Shown here: piece after piece, positions 33,976 to 35,152 of the stretch
Layout: every line of letters begins with the position of its first letter
Position numbering within the stretch: position 1 is the first letter of the stretch
Assembly: GCA_002189035.1 (NCBI GenBank)
Contig: NEEC01000223.1
Location: 1 to 35,152 of the forward strand
Reading direction: 5' to 3'
Length of the DNA: 35,152 bases
DNA from: Utricularia gibba
Taxonomy: Eukaryota > Plantae > Magnoliophyta
Translations under genes and position numbers: made by a program
The notes under the pieces: model-generated
Told to the model about the DNA's origin: nothing
Seen by the model: only the letters and a program-made list of their open reading frames with translations
Databases searched by the model: none

Positions 33976-34708
33976 CCTGGTTATATTCATATTGTGCATT
34001 TTGGTGAGGAGAGCAGATTCACCATAAGTTTTCTCAACTTCATTACCATCTCTTAGTTCCAATCTCTTTTCTGTAGATTGCAACTCAATCATGATCTCTC
34101 TAAATGTTGGCTCTGGTGTAACAGGATATTCAGGATACAGCTGATGGAGCTTTCCTTCAATAATGTCAAGGATTTTTCTTTCTGTCTCAAGTGCACATAA
34201 CTTTGGCTCGAATCTTGCAGGTAGGCTCATGATTGCCTTGCTAATCACCTTTTGATCCTCAAGTTTTTCCCCCAATCCTCGAATCTCCTTCACAAGCTTC
34301 GCAGTACGTTCATAATAGACTTGTATGGTTTCATTGTCTAACATTTTGTTCCTCTCAAAGTCCTCCAGCTTGTTTTTGCATAATATCTCTCTGAGTTTGG
34401 CATCGCCTTCATAATGGGATTTGAGAGTATCCCATATTTCTTTGCTGATTGACACTCTGCAATATCATCAAATAGATGTTCAGAGATGGCTTGATACAAG
34501 GCATCCATTGCTTCATCTTTTCTCTGTTGAAGATACTCAGCTTCCTCTTGCTGTTCTGATGTGGATTTGCTTGTTATTGTAATAGCCGGAATCTCCCTTT
34601 CAACAACATCCCAAATCTTTCTGACCCGAAGGTAGCTGCGCATCTTTTGACCCAGCTTCCATACTCTGAACCATCAAATATTGGAGGTCCTCTACCAGAT
34701 GCCATCAT
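33955..34708 (-). pseudogene. gag: gag copy 4, two 1-bp deletions in T runs (possibly sequencing errors)
   Basis: 754 bp. T4>T3 near 34441 and T5>T4 near 34645. ORF pieces are 34338-34643 and 33955-34455. Confidence 0.75.
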
Positions 34709-34814
34709 AGCCACCGCTTGACAAGCTTTGGGTTGATACTTGGTAATCTACCAAGTAAAAAACGCTGAACGGTATATAAAATACTGAAACGAACACAGGT
34801 TTGAGAACCTTACT

Positions 34815-34826
34815 GCTCTGATACCA
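34815..34826 (-). promoter_or_regulatory. PBS tRNA-iMet (copy 4)
   Basis: GCTCTGATACCA on the plus strand adjacent to the LTR. Confidence 0.95.
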
Positions 34827-35143
34827 TGTTGTTGCAAGAAAAATAGAGTCTTGGGAAGTAACAAAAAGGTAATGCTTATGAGATCACCTTGGATGAAAAA
34901 CGACTCATGAACAATAAGAATGACCGAAAACCTAATTGACATGCATTTCTAGTAGGGCTTATATATACCAAATACCTAGGTTACCAACAGTGGGCCACAA
35001 TCATTGAAACACAAAAAGCCCAACAACTCGAATCCAACACTTCCATGCTCGAACCCAACACCTTTTTTATCTGAAATATGACATTATGACAAGTTTAGTT
35101 CTTCAATCACCTTCAAGCTTTGGATTGAGGCTGATCTCCAACA
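34827..35143 (-). repeat. LTR (copy 4), 317 bp
   Basis: Same termini. Shorter through several 1-3 bp deletions in runs and dinucleotides. Confidence 0.9.
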
Positions 35144-35152
35144 CTTGGTCCG

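Larger units (their letters stand above)
33976..35143 (-). mobile_element. Truncated Ty1/copia element, copy 4
   Basis: Same junctions, followed by 9 bp of satellite (CTTGGTCCG) at the window end. Several small deletions. Confidence 0.95.
26157..35152. repeat. Composite higher-order repeat, ~3.14 kb period (6 satellite monomers + retrotransposon fragment), ~2.9 copies
   Basis: Left retro junctions at 27701, 30835 and 33976 (spacing 3134 and 3141). The marker CCTGGAACTGGAAAATGG recurs near 26210, 29345 and 32485. Confidence 0.93.

Noticed and set aside
1-35152. CRISPR array, rDNA or tRNA genes
   Set aside because: The repeats have no unique spacers and no cas genes are present. No rRNA (including 5S) or tRNA sequence was recognised. 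The only tRNA-related sequence is the 12-nt PBS.
1-35152. Naming the satellite family or host species
   Set aside because: The monomer was not recognised. Length similarity to known 155-159 bp or ~325 bp plant satellites is not evidence of homology without a database search.

Overview
Eukaryotic (very probably plant) tandem-repeat DNA, with no ordinary genes. About 87% of the window is one head-to-tail satellite family with a ~310-315 bp monomer (about 97 copies, all in the same orientation). The monomer is itself an old, diverged dimer of two ~156 bp halves. Monomers fall into recognisable variants that form higher-order repeats (HORs) of variable period. From 20.9 kb onward the array carries four near-identical copies of a ~1.18 kb truncated Ty1/copia LTR-retrotransposon piece on the minus strand: a complete 325-bp LTR (TGTTG...CAACA), a tRNA-iMet primer-binding site, a short leader with a perfect hairpin, and a gag ORF with no pol and no second LTR. 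The gag ORF reads into the satellite and uses a satellite stop codon. All copies share the same two junctions, so this was a single insertion that was truncated and then co-amplified with six satellite monomers as a new ~3.14 kb composite HOR. Nearly all other ORFs in the track are satellite artefacts. The many scattered 1-bp deletions suggest uncorrected long-read errors, so the gag frameshifts in copies 2-4 may not be real. The species and satellite family could not be identified from the sequence alone. Monomer counts, variant labels and boundaries were read by eye and are approximate.
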